DNA of 64,000 nucleotides, taken from Malacoraja senta. Its lineage: Eukaryota. The notes beneath the pieces are model-generated. The model had not been told where the DNA came from and made no database searches. It saw only the letters and a list, made by a program, of their open reading frames with translations. Shown piece after piece: positions 38,121-49,901 of the stretch. The stretch's first letter is position 1, and every line of letters starts with the position of its first letter. Both the position numbers and the translations under genes were made by a program. The stretch spans positions 51,336,001 to 51,400,000 of the forward strand of contig CM075980.1 in assembly GCA_038087875.1 (NCBI GenBank), given 5' to 3'.

Positions 38121-38648
38121 ATCGCTGCCTTAGAAGGAAACGATATTAACCCTAAACCGAAGCCATTCAGAAAATATTGTTGGATCAAGAGTGAATCCAT
38201 CCCCACAGGTACCGTAATTCCATCTGCCATCATTCCATGCACTCATTTAGCCTGTTACTGCCCCTTTGTAACATCCTGTGCTATCAATACAGCTTACTCT
38301 GCCTCCTGTTGTCAGTGAACTCGCATGTTCACAGTCCCCAGAGTAGATTCCCAGAGACCTCTGGTTGTGAAACCCAGATAATCAGTTCATTCCTTTCATC
38401 TCCCTGTTCCCTCTCACCTGTTCACTAATCCATCTTCTCCAACCACCAGGACTTAATGAACTTTTGGTGACTGTACATTGTTTTCCCTGGTGCTACTCTG
38501 TAGCTGTTGGATGATAGGTCATAGGAGCAGATGTATGCCATTACGGCCCATCGCGTCTGCTCTGCCATTCCATCATGGTTGATCTGTTTTTCACTCTCAA
38601 CCCCTTTCTCCTGCCTTCTCCCAGTAAACTAATAACGTTGCTTACTAA

Positions 38649-38814
38649 AGGGCCTGCCCCACTTGGGCGTCATTTACGCGACATCCTAAAAATTGGTTGG
38701 CGCATCGTGACGCGTGCATGACGTGCGCGTGGTGAGGCGCAGTGGCGTACGCAGAGACGCGCGGCGCCCCAGGATTTTGGGATGTTCAAATGACGCCCAA
38801 GTGGGACAGGCCCT
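38649..38814. mobile_element. PIF/Harbinger-like MITE (166 bp)
   Basis: TIR agggcctg(c/t)cccacttgggcgtcattt; TAA duplicated at 38646-38648 and 38815-38817 inside a CR1 tail (actaatcaagaa); CpG-rich. Confidence 0.8.
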
Positions 38815-39856
38815 TAATCAAGAACTTATCAATCTGCTTTAAAAGTACCCAATGACACGTCAGATGATGAGGAGACCTCGGCCTATTAGTGGAATGGAAA
38901 AGTTTTATTATTTATTCAAGGGACTGGGCTTCACAGACTGAGCCAGCATTTAAATACTGAATCCTAATTGCCCCTGAGAAGGGTTGGTGAGATCTCGTCT
39001 TGAATGCTGCAGTCCTTGATGCAGTGGAGAGTTTAGGACCTGTGGCCATTGCCTCAGAATAAAAGGACATACCTTCAGATAGGAGATGAGGAGGAATTTC
39101 TTTAGTCAGAGGGTGTTGAATCTGTGGAATTCATTGACACAGACGGCTGAGGAGGCCAAGTCATTGGGTATTTTTAAAGTGCAGATTGACAGATTCTTGA
39201 TTAGTATGGGTGTCGGAGGTTATGAGGAGAAGGCAGGAGAATGGGGTTGAGAGGGAGAGATAGATCAGCCATGAATGAATGGTGGAGTAGACTTGGTGGG
39301 CCAAATGGCCTAATTCTGCTCCTATCACTTGCGAACTTCTAGGCGGTGAGTTACTTGCTGTTGGATTAATAACCTCAAAGCTGCTTTTGTGTCCATATTG
39401 TGCCACTTCAGTACAGTTTCTGGTCTATTTCTGTTCCCCCTCACCCTCCCAGATATTGCTCTTGCATTTCAGCTCTGGAATTCGTGTGGGAGGAAACTGG
39501 GTTGATCTGGGCTGGAGATACTTGATGTGGAGCAGTGGGGATGGCAACGGGTGAAGCAAAGGCACGCTCTGAGTCCTGCCACGCAAAGCCCTCGTAACTT
39601 TGAGGGTAATTTCCTGGGAGGTTTCAGGCTAATGGTCAGTAATTGGTCTCCCACTGTGTATCTTGGACGCAGTCAATCCTTGGTTGAGACCACTTCCTCT
39701 GTGTGGTCATTCCCCCATCTGGGAGTCATTCCAGCACCTCCAGAGAGTGCTGTCTTGCAGCAAACTCTTTCCCTTGCAAATTTCACAGTGAAATGTTACG
39801 GCAAGTAGTTAAAACAAACCTTTCATGCAGAGCAAGGCTGAAATACAAGTTCATAA

Positions 39857-40092
39857 TGTGTAGGAAGGAACTGCAGGTGCTGGTTTACACCGAAGGTAGA
39901 CACAAAATGCTGGAGTAACTCAGCAGGACAGGCAGCATCTCTGGAGAGAGGGAATGGCTGACGTTTTGGGCCGAGACCCCCCCCCCCCTTTACACTGAGA
40001 GTCAGGGAGAGGCTTCCCTCTCCCCTCACCCATTCCTTCTATCCAGGGATGCTACCTGCCCTGCTGAGTTACTCCAGCATTTTGTGTCTATA
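39857..40092. mobile_element. Inverted dimer of PLE terminal units
   Basis: tagacacaaaatgctggagtaactcagcagg … cctgctgagttactccagcattttgtgtcta. Confidence 0.8.
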
Positions 40093-41386
40093 TAAGTTCA
40101 TAAGTTGTCGGAACAGTATCAGGCTATTCAGCCCATCAAGTCTACTCTGCCATTCAATCGTTGATATAGGCAAAGCGGTCCTATTTTTTACAGGTGTCAG
40201 AATGCTGGGCTGTCCATACCTGGACTTTAGCTGACACAGTCGGATCAGTGCCGAACCAATTGCAAGACACCACAGCCAAGTAACCCAAGTGGAAAATAGC
40301 AGAGCATTGCAGTGAGACCAAATGAATCTAATCCAGCACAGCTCGTAAATAACCATCCATTTCAATAAAAGCATGTTTTTGTTAGGGTTATTAACTTGTC
40401 ATAAATAGTTGTGCTTGTGTAAACTTGTGTCGCCAGGCAGAAAAGCACCACTGTTCAGGGAAATGGTGTGCGGTCCATTAAAGATTCCCCCGAGCACTTC
40501 ACACGGTGGCTTTCTGAGTGCGCCTGCTTTGTACTGCTCACAGTCGCCCCACACACCACCACTGCGGCCAATCTTTTAAATTCCCGCTCTTTCTTGAAGG
40601 GAGGAAGAGATCTGTGCTAACTCTCTCTCTCTTGTATTTAACATCCTCTGGAGCCGGTGGGAGCAGATTAAGGGCGTCTCAGCGTAACACATCAGCCAAG
40701 GCCCTTCACAACATGTTTTAAGTTAACTTTTCCTGCTGCTGTTTTCGCATGGCTTTGTGATTTTTAACTGACTGGCGGTCAATAAAGTGGATGGATTGTA
40801 AAAATGGAGTGGTGTTGTGTGGAATGACAATGTTCTTGCCAGCCCCACTTGCTCCATGTTGAACACCGGGGCCCTTGCCTGAGGAGAGAGGGAGAGATTC
40901 TTAGCCTGCTGCTGAAACCAATTGGCTGGATAAATCTGTCTGGAAATCATGCTAATGCCTCTGATCAGTTGTGCCTGAAGTGGGATCAATTAAAAGAGAC
41001 ACTCTTGCCCTCTTGGGGCAGGCTCTGACTCGGAACAGCTGCTTTGTGTCAGATGGGCACTGGTTTAAACCTGGCCTTTGATGCTTGCCCTGGAAAGCAT
41101 TGCAGCAAGCATTGTTTGAAAAGCAAAATGCAGCCTCTGGATACCTGCAATAGGAAGCACAAGCTGTTGAATATACCCAGCAGGTCAGGCAGCTTCCGTG
41201 GAGACCTTCACAGCTCACAGAGTGACCCTGGCATCATCCCCGCCTCCTGACCATAAACCCGTGGGAGGCATCAACAATCTGCTGCTGTTGCAAATCTGAA
41301 GTAACTACAAAAAATGCTGGTGTCAGGCAATGTCTTGGGGAAGAGAAAGTTAACATTTCAGCTCATAGTCATAGGGGCTCTTCAGC

Positions 41387-41922
41387 TAGAGTTGCCAACG
41401 TCCTCACTCCCAAATAGGGGACAAAAGGTCAAAATAAGGAACAAATACCTGACGGCAATTCGGTGATCAATCTGGCCGTGGCTGGGTGAATGATGAGTTG
41501 GCCCGGGTGCCGGACTGCACACAAAGCCCAGCTGGTGAGCCAGCTGAGGAGTTTTGGCCCGGGCGCCGGACTTTGCGCACAACCTCGCGTGTAAAGTCCA
41601 GCACCCCATCCAACTCATAGACCGATGATCGGCCATGAGAAGGAGGGTAGGTGGTCTCGGCGGTAAGTGAAGGTCTGAAGGTCTGACAGCTGGCCGGGCT
41701 GCCGACCGACGGGGCCATGGGCGAGGAGCTGCTGCTGCACTCCATGGGCTGCACTGCGTCAGGACGGGTGAGGCGGGGCCAGACGCGGCGCTCCGACCTG
41801 ACAGTCCCCTCAACCCGAGTAGTAGCAGTCAAATACGGGACATGGTCGGTCCCGAATGGGACAAACCAATTTAGCCCAATATACAGGATGTCCCGGCTAT
41901 TACGGGACAGTTGGCAACCCTA
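41387..41922 (-). mobile_element. Non-autonomous hAT MITE, second copy
   Basis: TIRs tagagttgcca / tggcaacccta; 8-bp TSD tcttcagc / tctgcagc (7/8); homologous to 15480-15933 in reverse orientation. Confidence 0.88.
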
Positions 41923-42009
41923 TCTGCAGCCCATCGGGTCCATGCCGACCTTGATGCCTCATCTACACAGCTGCATTCGGCTCATATCCCTCGAAAAGTT
42001 TCCAATGGG

Positions 42010-43300
42010 ATGTAATGCTGAGTCTTTATATGGCACTAGTCGGACAGCATTTGGAGTATTGCGAGCAGTTTTATGCCCGTATCTGAGGAAGCATGTGCTG
42101 GAATTGGAGAGGGTCCAGAAGAGATTTACGAGAATGATGCTGGCTGGATATGATTGGGTTAACATATGATGAGTGTTTGACGGCACTGGGCCTGCACTCG
42201 CTGGTGTTCACAAGGATGAAAGGACACCTCATTGGATCCTTACCGAATAGTGAAAGGCATGGATAGAGTGGATGTGGAGAAGATGTTTCCACTGGTGGGA
42301 GAGTCTTGGATCAGAGGCCATAGCCTCAGTATGAAAGGATGTACCTTTAGAAAGAATATGAGGAGGAATTTGTTTTGTCAGAGGGTGGTGAATCTGTGGA
42401 ATTTATTGTCACGGATCGCTGTGGTGGCCAAGTCTTTGGGTATTTTTATGGCGCAGATTGATAGATTCTTGATTAGTATGGATGTCAGAGGTTATGGGGA
42501 GAAACCCAGCGAATGGGGTTCAGAGGGAAAGATAGACCAACCATGATTGAATGGTCTAGTACAATTGAGCTGAATGGCCTAATTTTGCTCCAATGACTTA
42601 TGAACATATGAATCCATGTACCTGAACAAATGTCTTTTAAATGTTGTTTTAGTACCTACCACCTCTGGCAGCTCGTTCCACATACCCACCCTGCTCTGTG
42701 GAAAAAGTTGCCCCTCAGATATACGTATCTTTCTCTTTTCACCTTAAACCAGTGCCCTCTGGTTCTTGATTTCCCCTACTGTGGGGGGGAAGACTGCATT
42801 CACTCCATCTATTCCCCTCATGATTTTATGCACCTCTAAGATCATCCCTCAGCCTCCTTTGCTTCAAGGAACAAAATCCTGGACTGCTCAACTTCTCCAT
42901 TTGGCTCGAGTCCTGGCAAAATCCTCATAAATTGTCTTTGCACTCTTTCCAGCTTAACAACATCCTTTCTGTAGCAAGGTGACCTAAACAGAACATAATA
43001 CTCCAAGTGTGGCATTGTACAACTGTAATGCAATATCCTAACTTCTATATCTAATAGCCTGACTGGTGAAGGCCAATGTACCATATGCTGCCTTGACCAC
43101 CCTATCTACCTATGACCCTACTTTCAGGAATGATGAAGCTGTACTCCCCAGGGCCCTACCATTCACTGAAGTTGCTGCCCAGCATCCAATACCTCGCACT
43201 TAGCTGCATTAAATTCCATTAGCTGATCAAGACCCTGCTGGTTTTTTTTAATACTTATCTTCACTATCTACGACACCCCCTACTTTAGTGTCATCTACTA
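42010..43300. mobile_element. CR1 3' fragments (plus ~42010-42610; minus ~42620-43300)
   Basis: LERVQKRFTRM, RGHSL, CQRVVNLWN on plus; PHLEYYV..LERVQR on minus. Confidence 0.75.
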
Positions 43301-43415
43301 ACTTAAAAGGTCTGAGACCTTTTGTCAGATCTGAGTGTTCCTTTGCTGGGAACACCCAGCCCAATTATCTTTTCCATGGATGGCATCGTTGTGACTGGGA
43401 TGTCCTGCTTTATTA

Positions 43416-43641
43416 GAAAGGACACAAAGTGCTGGAGTAACTCGGCAGGTCAGGCAGCATCTCTGGAAAATATGGGTAGGTGGTGATTCGGTTGAGACCC
43501 TTCTTCAGACTGAAGAAGGGTCTCGACCTGAAATATCACCTTCCCCTGTTCTCCAGAGATGCTGCTTGAGCTGCCGAGTTACTCCAGCACTTTGTGTCCT
43601 TCTGTATCTTAACTAACGTCTGCAGTTCTTTATTTCTGCAC
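43416..43641. mobile_element. Inverted dimer of HHR-bearing PLE units
   Basis: Palindromic centre gagacccttcttcag-a-ctgaagaagggtctc; flanks tcctgctttatta / tcctggtttatta (12/13). Confidence 0.88.
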
Positions 43642-44099
43642 TCCTGGTTTATTAACTCTGGTTCATCAATGTTGTACATTATGGATTATCAAGCTCGTGT
43701 TTTTACTTGAACCATTTTTATTTTACAATATACTTTACTCATAACAAGCTCAAATGTAATGCCGGAAAACTCGAGTCCTATTATTCTCAATTATTAAACA
43801 TTTGCACGTCATCAGGTGGACTGATGCATGGGCAGGAGGGCCTGAACTGTTGTCCTTCTCCGCAGAAACTTTGCTGTAACCGCTCCTGAATTAGCACCTG
43901 GTTCAATGCTTGGTTCTTGGTAGTAACACTCGGCCATGAACAAAACCTTGTACTGGAACACCAGCAAGTCTCAAACATGCCAGAGGGTCTCTTTTACTTT
44001 GATGGGTTTCTAACTGCAGTTGATATTTGATTCCGTGTGCATCCCTGGAAACTGCCCAAACAACGCGGTGTCCTCTGGGTTTGCGATGAACCTCGACAA

Positions 44100-44930
44100 A
44101 TGGGGCAGCTGGTAGAGCTGCTGCCTCACAGCGCCAGGGACATGGGTTCGATCCTGATCTCGGGTGCTGCCTGTGGGGAGTTGTCAAGTTCTCCCTGTTA
44201 CCACATGGGTTTCCTTTGGATGCTCCGGTTTCCTCCCACATCCCAAAAACATGCAAAATTGTCGGTTAATTCATCTCCATAAATTGTCCCTAATGTGTGA
44301 GAAAGTAGATGAGAAAGTGAGATAATATTAGTTTGTCAAGTGTACCAAGGTACAGTGAAAAGCTTTTTGTTGCATGCTAACCAGTCAGTGGAAAGACGAA
44401 ACACGATTACAATACAGATATATGATAATGGGAATAATGTTTAGTGCAAGATAAAGTCCAGTAAAGTCAGATTAAAGGTAGTCCAAGGGTCTTCAATGAG
44501 GTAGATAGTATCTCGGGGCTGCTCTCTAGGTAATAGAATGGCTCAATTGCCTGATTACAGCTGGGAAGAAACTGTCTCTGACTTTGCAGGTACGTGTTTT
44601 CACACTTGTACCTCTTGGCTGATGGGAGAAGGGGGAGGAGGGAGTGACTGGGGTGAGCCTCATCCTTGATTATGCTGGTGTCCTTGCCGAGGGAGTATGA
44701 AATGTAAGTGGACTCAATGGTTGGTTTTGTGTGATGGTCTGGATTGCGTCCACAATTCTCTGCAATTTCTTGTGGTCTGTTCAAAGCTGTTCCCAAACCG
44801 TGCTGTGATCAGTCCCAATAATGTGCCTTCTCCGTCGCATCTGTAGTAACTGGTGAGTTGTTGTGGACATGCTGAACTTCCTGAGCCTTCTAAGGAAGTA
44901 GAGGCATTGCTTAGCTTTCTTGGCCATTGC
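44100..44930. mobile_element. Plus-strand SINE (~44100-44330) interrupted by a minus-strand Rex1/Babar 3' fragment (~44330-44930)
   Basis: SINE head and core; LGKDTSIIKDEAHPSHSLLPLLPSAKRY on minus; the SINE tail resumes near 44940. Confidence 0.7.
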
Positions 44931-46459
44931 TCTGAGATTGATGGTTGGCATGGACTTGGTGGGGCAAAAGTGCTGTTTGCATGCTTATCTCTAAGCTAAA
45001 CGCAGAGGGAGAATAAGCAAGGAAGAGATAAGACTTTAAGACTTTTTGCCTTCCATCACAGTGAGGAGGTGCCTGGAGAATCACTGTGATGGATGTTTGT
45101 GTTAAACTGTGTTTATTGTGTGTTCTGTTACTTTAGTTTCTGTCATGACTGCAAGGTACCCAATTTCGTTCAAACTAAATAGTTTGAATGACAATAAAGG
45201 AAACTCCAACTCAACTAAACTAAATACCTCTTCATCTCATCTCTGGGCCTTCTGCAAAGGATGGTCGCAATTGAAATATGGAGGGATAAACCCATGCATG
45301 CCTGTGGTCTGATCATTGATAATGGCAATATCTTGTGTGCAGAGAGAGTATGTGGGATTCTGTGTGGTCGTGGTCGCTACTGACGACATCCGTAGCAAAG
45401 GAAGTTTGAGATTTGTATCAAGGATTTGTGGCAAACCACCAAACCAAAACCAAGCAGGTCTGCGACGCTGCACAATGCGGCCCTTGATTTCCTCGGCAGT
45501 GCAGAGGGAAGGAGAGGGCCTGTGGTTTTGCTGAATCCAATCCAGCGATTCCTGATCTTTTTAGATTACGATTCCAGCTTCTGCAGTCTCTGTCTCCAAC
45601 CATTCCTGAAATTCACTCACAAGAAGAAAGTTGTTGGTGCTTCATGCTAACCTGAATATGATTGAAGAATAACACAACATAATTGCAGTCCAAGATTTAT
45701 GACTCTGGACAGGAGTGAGATGGCTTCATTAAAGGGTATGTTGTTGCAGTTATAGAGGTTTGTTGACATCTCAAATTCTTAACTGCTGTGCAAGTCCATT
45801 GCTGAAGGAGAAGGTTTACTCTGTGGTCTGTTAGACACGAGTGACTGGATGGTCTTGATGTTGTCATGGCTTTTTAATACTGATCAGTTAATGGTTTCTG
45901 CTACAAACTACCTTGGTATAGATGTGAGTCAAATCAGTTCAGCATGCAAAGCAATATTTGCTGTCAAGATTTGTGTGTTACTTAGGAACATCTAGTAATC
46001 CGAGGGATAACTTTTTCACACAGAGGGTGGTGGGTGTTTGGAACTAGCTGCCGGAGAAAGTGGTTGAGGCAGGTAGTATCGCAACGTTTAACAAACATTT
46101 GGACAGGTGCATGAAAGGGCAGGTTTAGAGGAGTATGGGGCAAATGCAGGCATCCGGACCTACTGTAGATGGGGCATGTTGGTCGTTGTGGGCAAGTTGG
46201 GCCAAAAGGCCTGTTTCCATACTGTAAGACTATGATTAAGCGGTTGATGAAGGTGTTTACTATACAGGGTTTCCATGCTGTGGGACTCTATCTGGATGAA
46301 ATATTGGAGGTCTGGCAACGTTCTTGAAACTATGCCTGTGGAGAAACAATCTCTTCAGGTCAGAAGATGACGTCTATGGATGTGAAATAAGCATTCTCAA
46401 GCTGAAATGTGCCCATATATGTGGTGGCCGGTCCACTACAATGCAAAGGGACGACACGC

Positions 46460-47590
46460 AATCTCCCGCTTGCAAATATTTAAACTTTCCTTCCCATTCC
46501 CGTGCTGATCTTTCTGTCTTGGGCCCCCTACACTGTCAAGAGTGAAGCCACATACAAATTGGAGGAACAGCACCTCCTATTTTGCTTGGGCAGCTTACAA
46601 ACCAGTGGTGTAAATGTTGATTTCAGTAATTGGAAGTAAAGGGCCTGTCCCACGGGCAGGCGACTCCATGCGGCAAGCGCAACCTAACCGGAAGCGGGGG
46701 CCGTGCGGAGGTCGTGGGGCTGGTCCCACGTAGATCGCCGGAGCCGTATGGAGCTGGTCCCGACACCGCGCGGGGCTCCAAAAAAACTGACACTGTTCAA
46801 ATATTCCGCGCGGCAACGGCCTGCCGCCCCGCTGCCACATCGAGGCTGCGCGCACCGCCTCGACGCCGCGTGCGCCGTCTCCGTCAACTCTGGAATTGTT
46901 GTGAAGGAAGGAACTGCAGATGCCCATTTACACCGAAGATGGACACAACAAAAATGCTGGAGTAACTCAGTAGATCAGGCAGCTTCTGTGGACAGGTGGT
47001 GTTTCGGGTCGAGACGCCTTCTTCGGACTGAAGTCTTCTGCAGTCTTCTATGGTCTGAGGAAGGGTCTCGACCCGAAACATCACCTACCCGTGTTCACCT
47101 ACATAAAAACCGCTCGAGCTTCCAACGGACTTCGCTCGAACTGGACGTCCGCGCACCCCCCGCTACCGGTTAGGTCGCGCTCGCCGCATGGAATCGCATG
47201 CCCGTGGGAGAGGCCGTACGGTGATCACTCGGCCCCCGCACGGCCGCCGCTTTCGGTTAGGTCGCGCTTGCCGCAAGGAGTCGTCTGCCCGTGGGACAGG
47301 CCCTTAACTCCTACATTCCCTCCCCTCCCCCATCGTCCCACCAGTTCCACTGGACACTTCATTGTATCCCTCTTGTTATCACACTTTCCCCCGCCAACAT
47401 TGGGCCATTGTGGGCTCTACCCTCCCTGAGGTCAACTGTTTCCGGCCCTGATTTGTCCTGGCCATTTCTCTCCTCCAGTTTATTTCCCCCGCACTTCCAG
47501 CATGAAGAAGGGTTCTGACCCGAAACGTCACCTATTCCTTTTCTTCAGAGGTGCTGCCTGGCCTGCTGAGTTACTCCAGCTTTTTGTGTC
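46460..47590 (+). mobile_element. PLE 3' fragment split by a Harbinger-like MITE
   Basis: KLEEQHLLFCLGSLQTSGVNVDFS up to 46636; the 3' UTR resumes at 47305 and ends with an HHR unit at ~47500-47590. Confidence 0.75.
46640..47304. mobile_element. PIF/Harbinger-like MITE containing a nested inverted PLE dimer (~46900-47090)
   Basis: Long TIRs agggcctgtcccacgggcag.cgactcc.tgcggcaagcgc.acctaaccg; TAA duplicated at 46637-46639 and 47305-47307. Confidence 0.85.
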
Positions 47591-47976
47591 AATGCACAGT
47601 GGTTATGTTTCTGGGTTTGTAATCTAGCGGTCTGGATTGGAGATCCAGAGAAACAAGTTCCAACCCCACCATGGCAGCTGGACATGAAAATGAAGGTGAT
47701 TAAACAGCTGAGGCTTGGTTCTGGCACCTGCTATTTTTACTTTCCCTATTAAATGGTAATTCAGGATGAAGAATAAAAGCTGACCTTTCCACCAGTGCCC
47801 ACATCCATGAGTTTTTTGGAGTAGGAAGGAACTGCAGATGCTGGTTTAAACCAAAGATAGACACAAAATGCTGGAGTAACTCAGCGGGGGCAGGCAGCAT
47901 CTCTGGAGAGAACGAATGGGTGACGTTTCTTGAGATTAATGTTTCTTTATGTGTTATTATGTAATGTAATGTATTA

Positions 47977-49434
47977 TAATGTAACACCACTTTTTTAAAA
48001 GGGAGGGAGAGAGAAAACGGGGAATTACAGACCAGTTAGTCTAACATCGGTAGTGGGAAAACTGCTAGAGTCAGTTATTAAAGATGGGATAGCAACACAT
48101 TTGGAAAATGGTGAAATCATTGGACAAAGTCAGCATGGATTTACGAAAGGTAAATCATGTCTGACGAATCTTATAGAATTTTTCGAGGATGTAACTAGTA
48201 GAGTGGATAAGGGAGAACCAGTGGATGTGTTATATCTGGACTTTCAGAAGGCTTTCGACAAGGTCCCACATAAGAGATTAGTATACAAACTTAAAGCACA
48301 CGGTATTGGGGGTTCAGTATTGATGTGGATAGAGAACTGGCTGGCAAACAGGAAGCAAAGAGTAGGAGTAAACGGGTCCTTTTCAGAATGGCTGGCAGTG
48401 ACTAGTGGGGTACCGCAAGGCTCAGTGCTGGGACCTCAGCTATTTACAAAGTATATTAATGATTTGGACGAGGGAATTGAATGCAACATCTCCAAGTTTG
48501 CGGATGACACAAAGCTGGGGGACAGTGTTAGCTGTGAGGAGGATGCTTGGAGGCTGCAAGGTGACTTGGATAGGCTGGGTGAGTGGGCAAATGCATGGCA
48601 GATGCAGTATAATGTGGATAAATGTGAGGTTATTCACTTTGGTGGCAAAAACAGGAAAGTAGACTATTACCTGAATGGTGGCCAATTAGGAAAAGGGGAG
48701 ATGCAACGAGACCTGGGTGTCATGGTACACCAGTCATTGAAAGTGGGCATGCAGGTGCAGCAGGCAGTGAAGAAAGCGAATGGTATGTTAGCATTCATAG
48801 CAAAAGGATTTGAGTATAGGAGCAGGGAGGTTCTACTGCAGTTGTACAGGGTCTTGGTGAGACCACACCTGGAGTATTGCATACAGTTTTGGTCTCCTAA
48901 TCTGAGGAGGGACATTCTTGCCATAGAGGGAGTACAGAGAAGGTTCACCAGACTGATTCCTGGGATGTCAAGACTTTCATATGAGGAAAGACTGGATAGA
49001 CTCGGCTTGTACTCGCTGGAATTTAGAAGACTGAGGGGGGATCTTATTGAAACTTACAAAATTCTTAAGGGGTTGGACAGGCTAGATGCAGGAAGATTGT
49101 TCCCGATGTTGGGGGAGTCCAGAACAAGGGGTCACAGTTTAAGGATAAAAGGGAAATCTTTTAGGACTGAGATGAGAAAAACATTTTTTACACAGAGAGT
49201 GGTGAATCTCTGGAATTCTCTGCCACAGAATGTAGTTGAGGCCAGTTCATTGGCTATATTTAAGAGGGAGTTAGATGTGGCCCTTGTAGCTAAAGGGATC
49301 AGGGGGTATGGAGAGAAAGCAGGTACAGGATACCGCGTTGGATGATCAGCCATGATCATATTGAATGGCGGTGCAGGCTCGAAGGGCCGAATGGCCTACT
49401 CCTGCACCTATTTTCTATGTTTCTATGTTTCTAT
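47977..49434 (+). mobile_element. Young 5'-truncated CR1 LINE
   Basis: Uninterrupted RT ORF, short 3' UTR and (ttctatgt)n tail. Confidence 0.95.
48053..49345 (+). CDS. CR1 ORF2 reverse transcriptase domain and C-terminus (5'-truncated)
   Basis: QHGF, LDFQKAFDKVPH, SGVPQGSVLGP, KFADD, RPHLEY, TRGHS, FTQRVVNLWNSLP. Confidence 0.95.
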   Translation: MGKLLESVIKDGIATHLENGEIIGQSQHGFTKGKSCLTNLIEFFEDVTSRVDKGEPVDVLYLDFQKAFDKVPHKRLVYKLKAHGIGGSVLMWIENWLANRKQRVGVNGSFSEWLAVTSGVPQGSVLGPQLFTKYINDLDEGIECNISKFADDTKLGDSVSCEEDAWRLQGDLDRLGEWANAWQMQYNVDKCEVIHFGGKNRKVDYYLNGGQLGKGEMQRDLGVMVHQSLKVGMQVQQAVKKANGMLAFIAKGFEYRSREVLLQLYRVLVRPHLEYCIQFWSPNLRRDILAIEGVQRRFTRLIPGMSRLSYEERLDRLGLYSLEFRRLRGDLIETYKILKGLDRLDAGRLFPMLGESRTRGHSLRIKGKSFRTEMRKTFFTQRVVNLWNSLPQNVVEASSLAIFKRELDVALVAKGIRGYGEKAGTGYRVG

Positions 49435-49859
49435 TAGTGATTCAGTGAGGGGAGACTGTGAAGGTGTTTTAAAAATATATATATATATTCTGCTGAGTTT
49501 TTGCTGTACGAAAGTGTCATGATCCAGGAGTGCAAGGCGGTGTAACTATAGTCATTTCAGTCGGCATTGTCAGAACATACTGCTGCACAAAGGGCATGTG
49601 TACCTGATTAGTTGCAAAGGATAGCAAGACATGGAACAATTACTACAAGGTCTCCAACCATGTACCGCTAATGGGAAATCCAGCTGCAACTCTGCCTGGT
49701 CTAATTAACAGCTGCAAATCCAAGGGAAGGCTGCCGATTACCCTGAGCCTTTGTAAGTGGAACACTATCGTACATTAAACGTCGTAGCACTGAGCACATA
49801 CCCGGCTGAAGCTTTTTGTTTTTACTTGGGTTTGCATTACTTCTCCCTTTGATTTTTGT

Positions 49860-49861
49860 TT

Positions 49862-49901
<40 letters not shown>
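49860..49901 (+). repeat. (CT)n microsatellite
   Basis: Read directly from the sequence. Confidence 0.95.
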
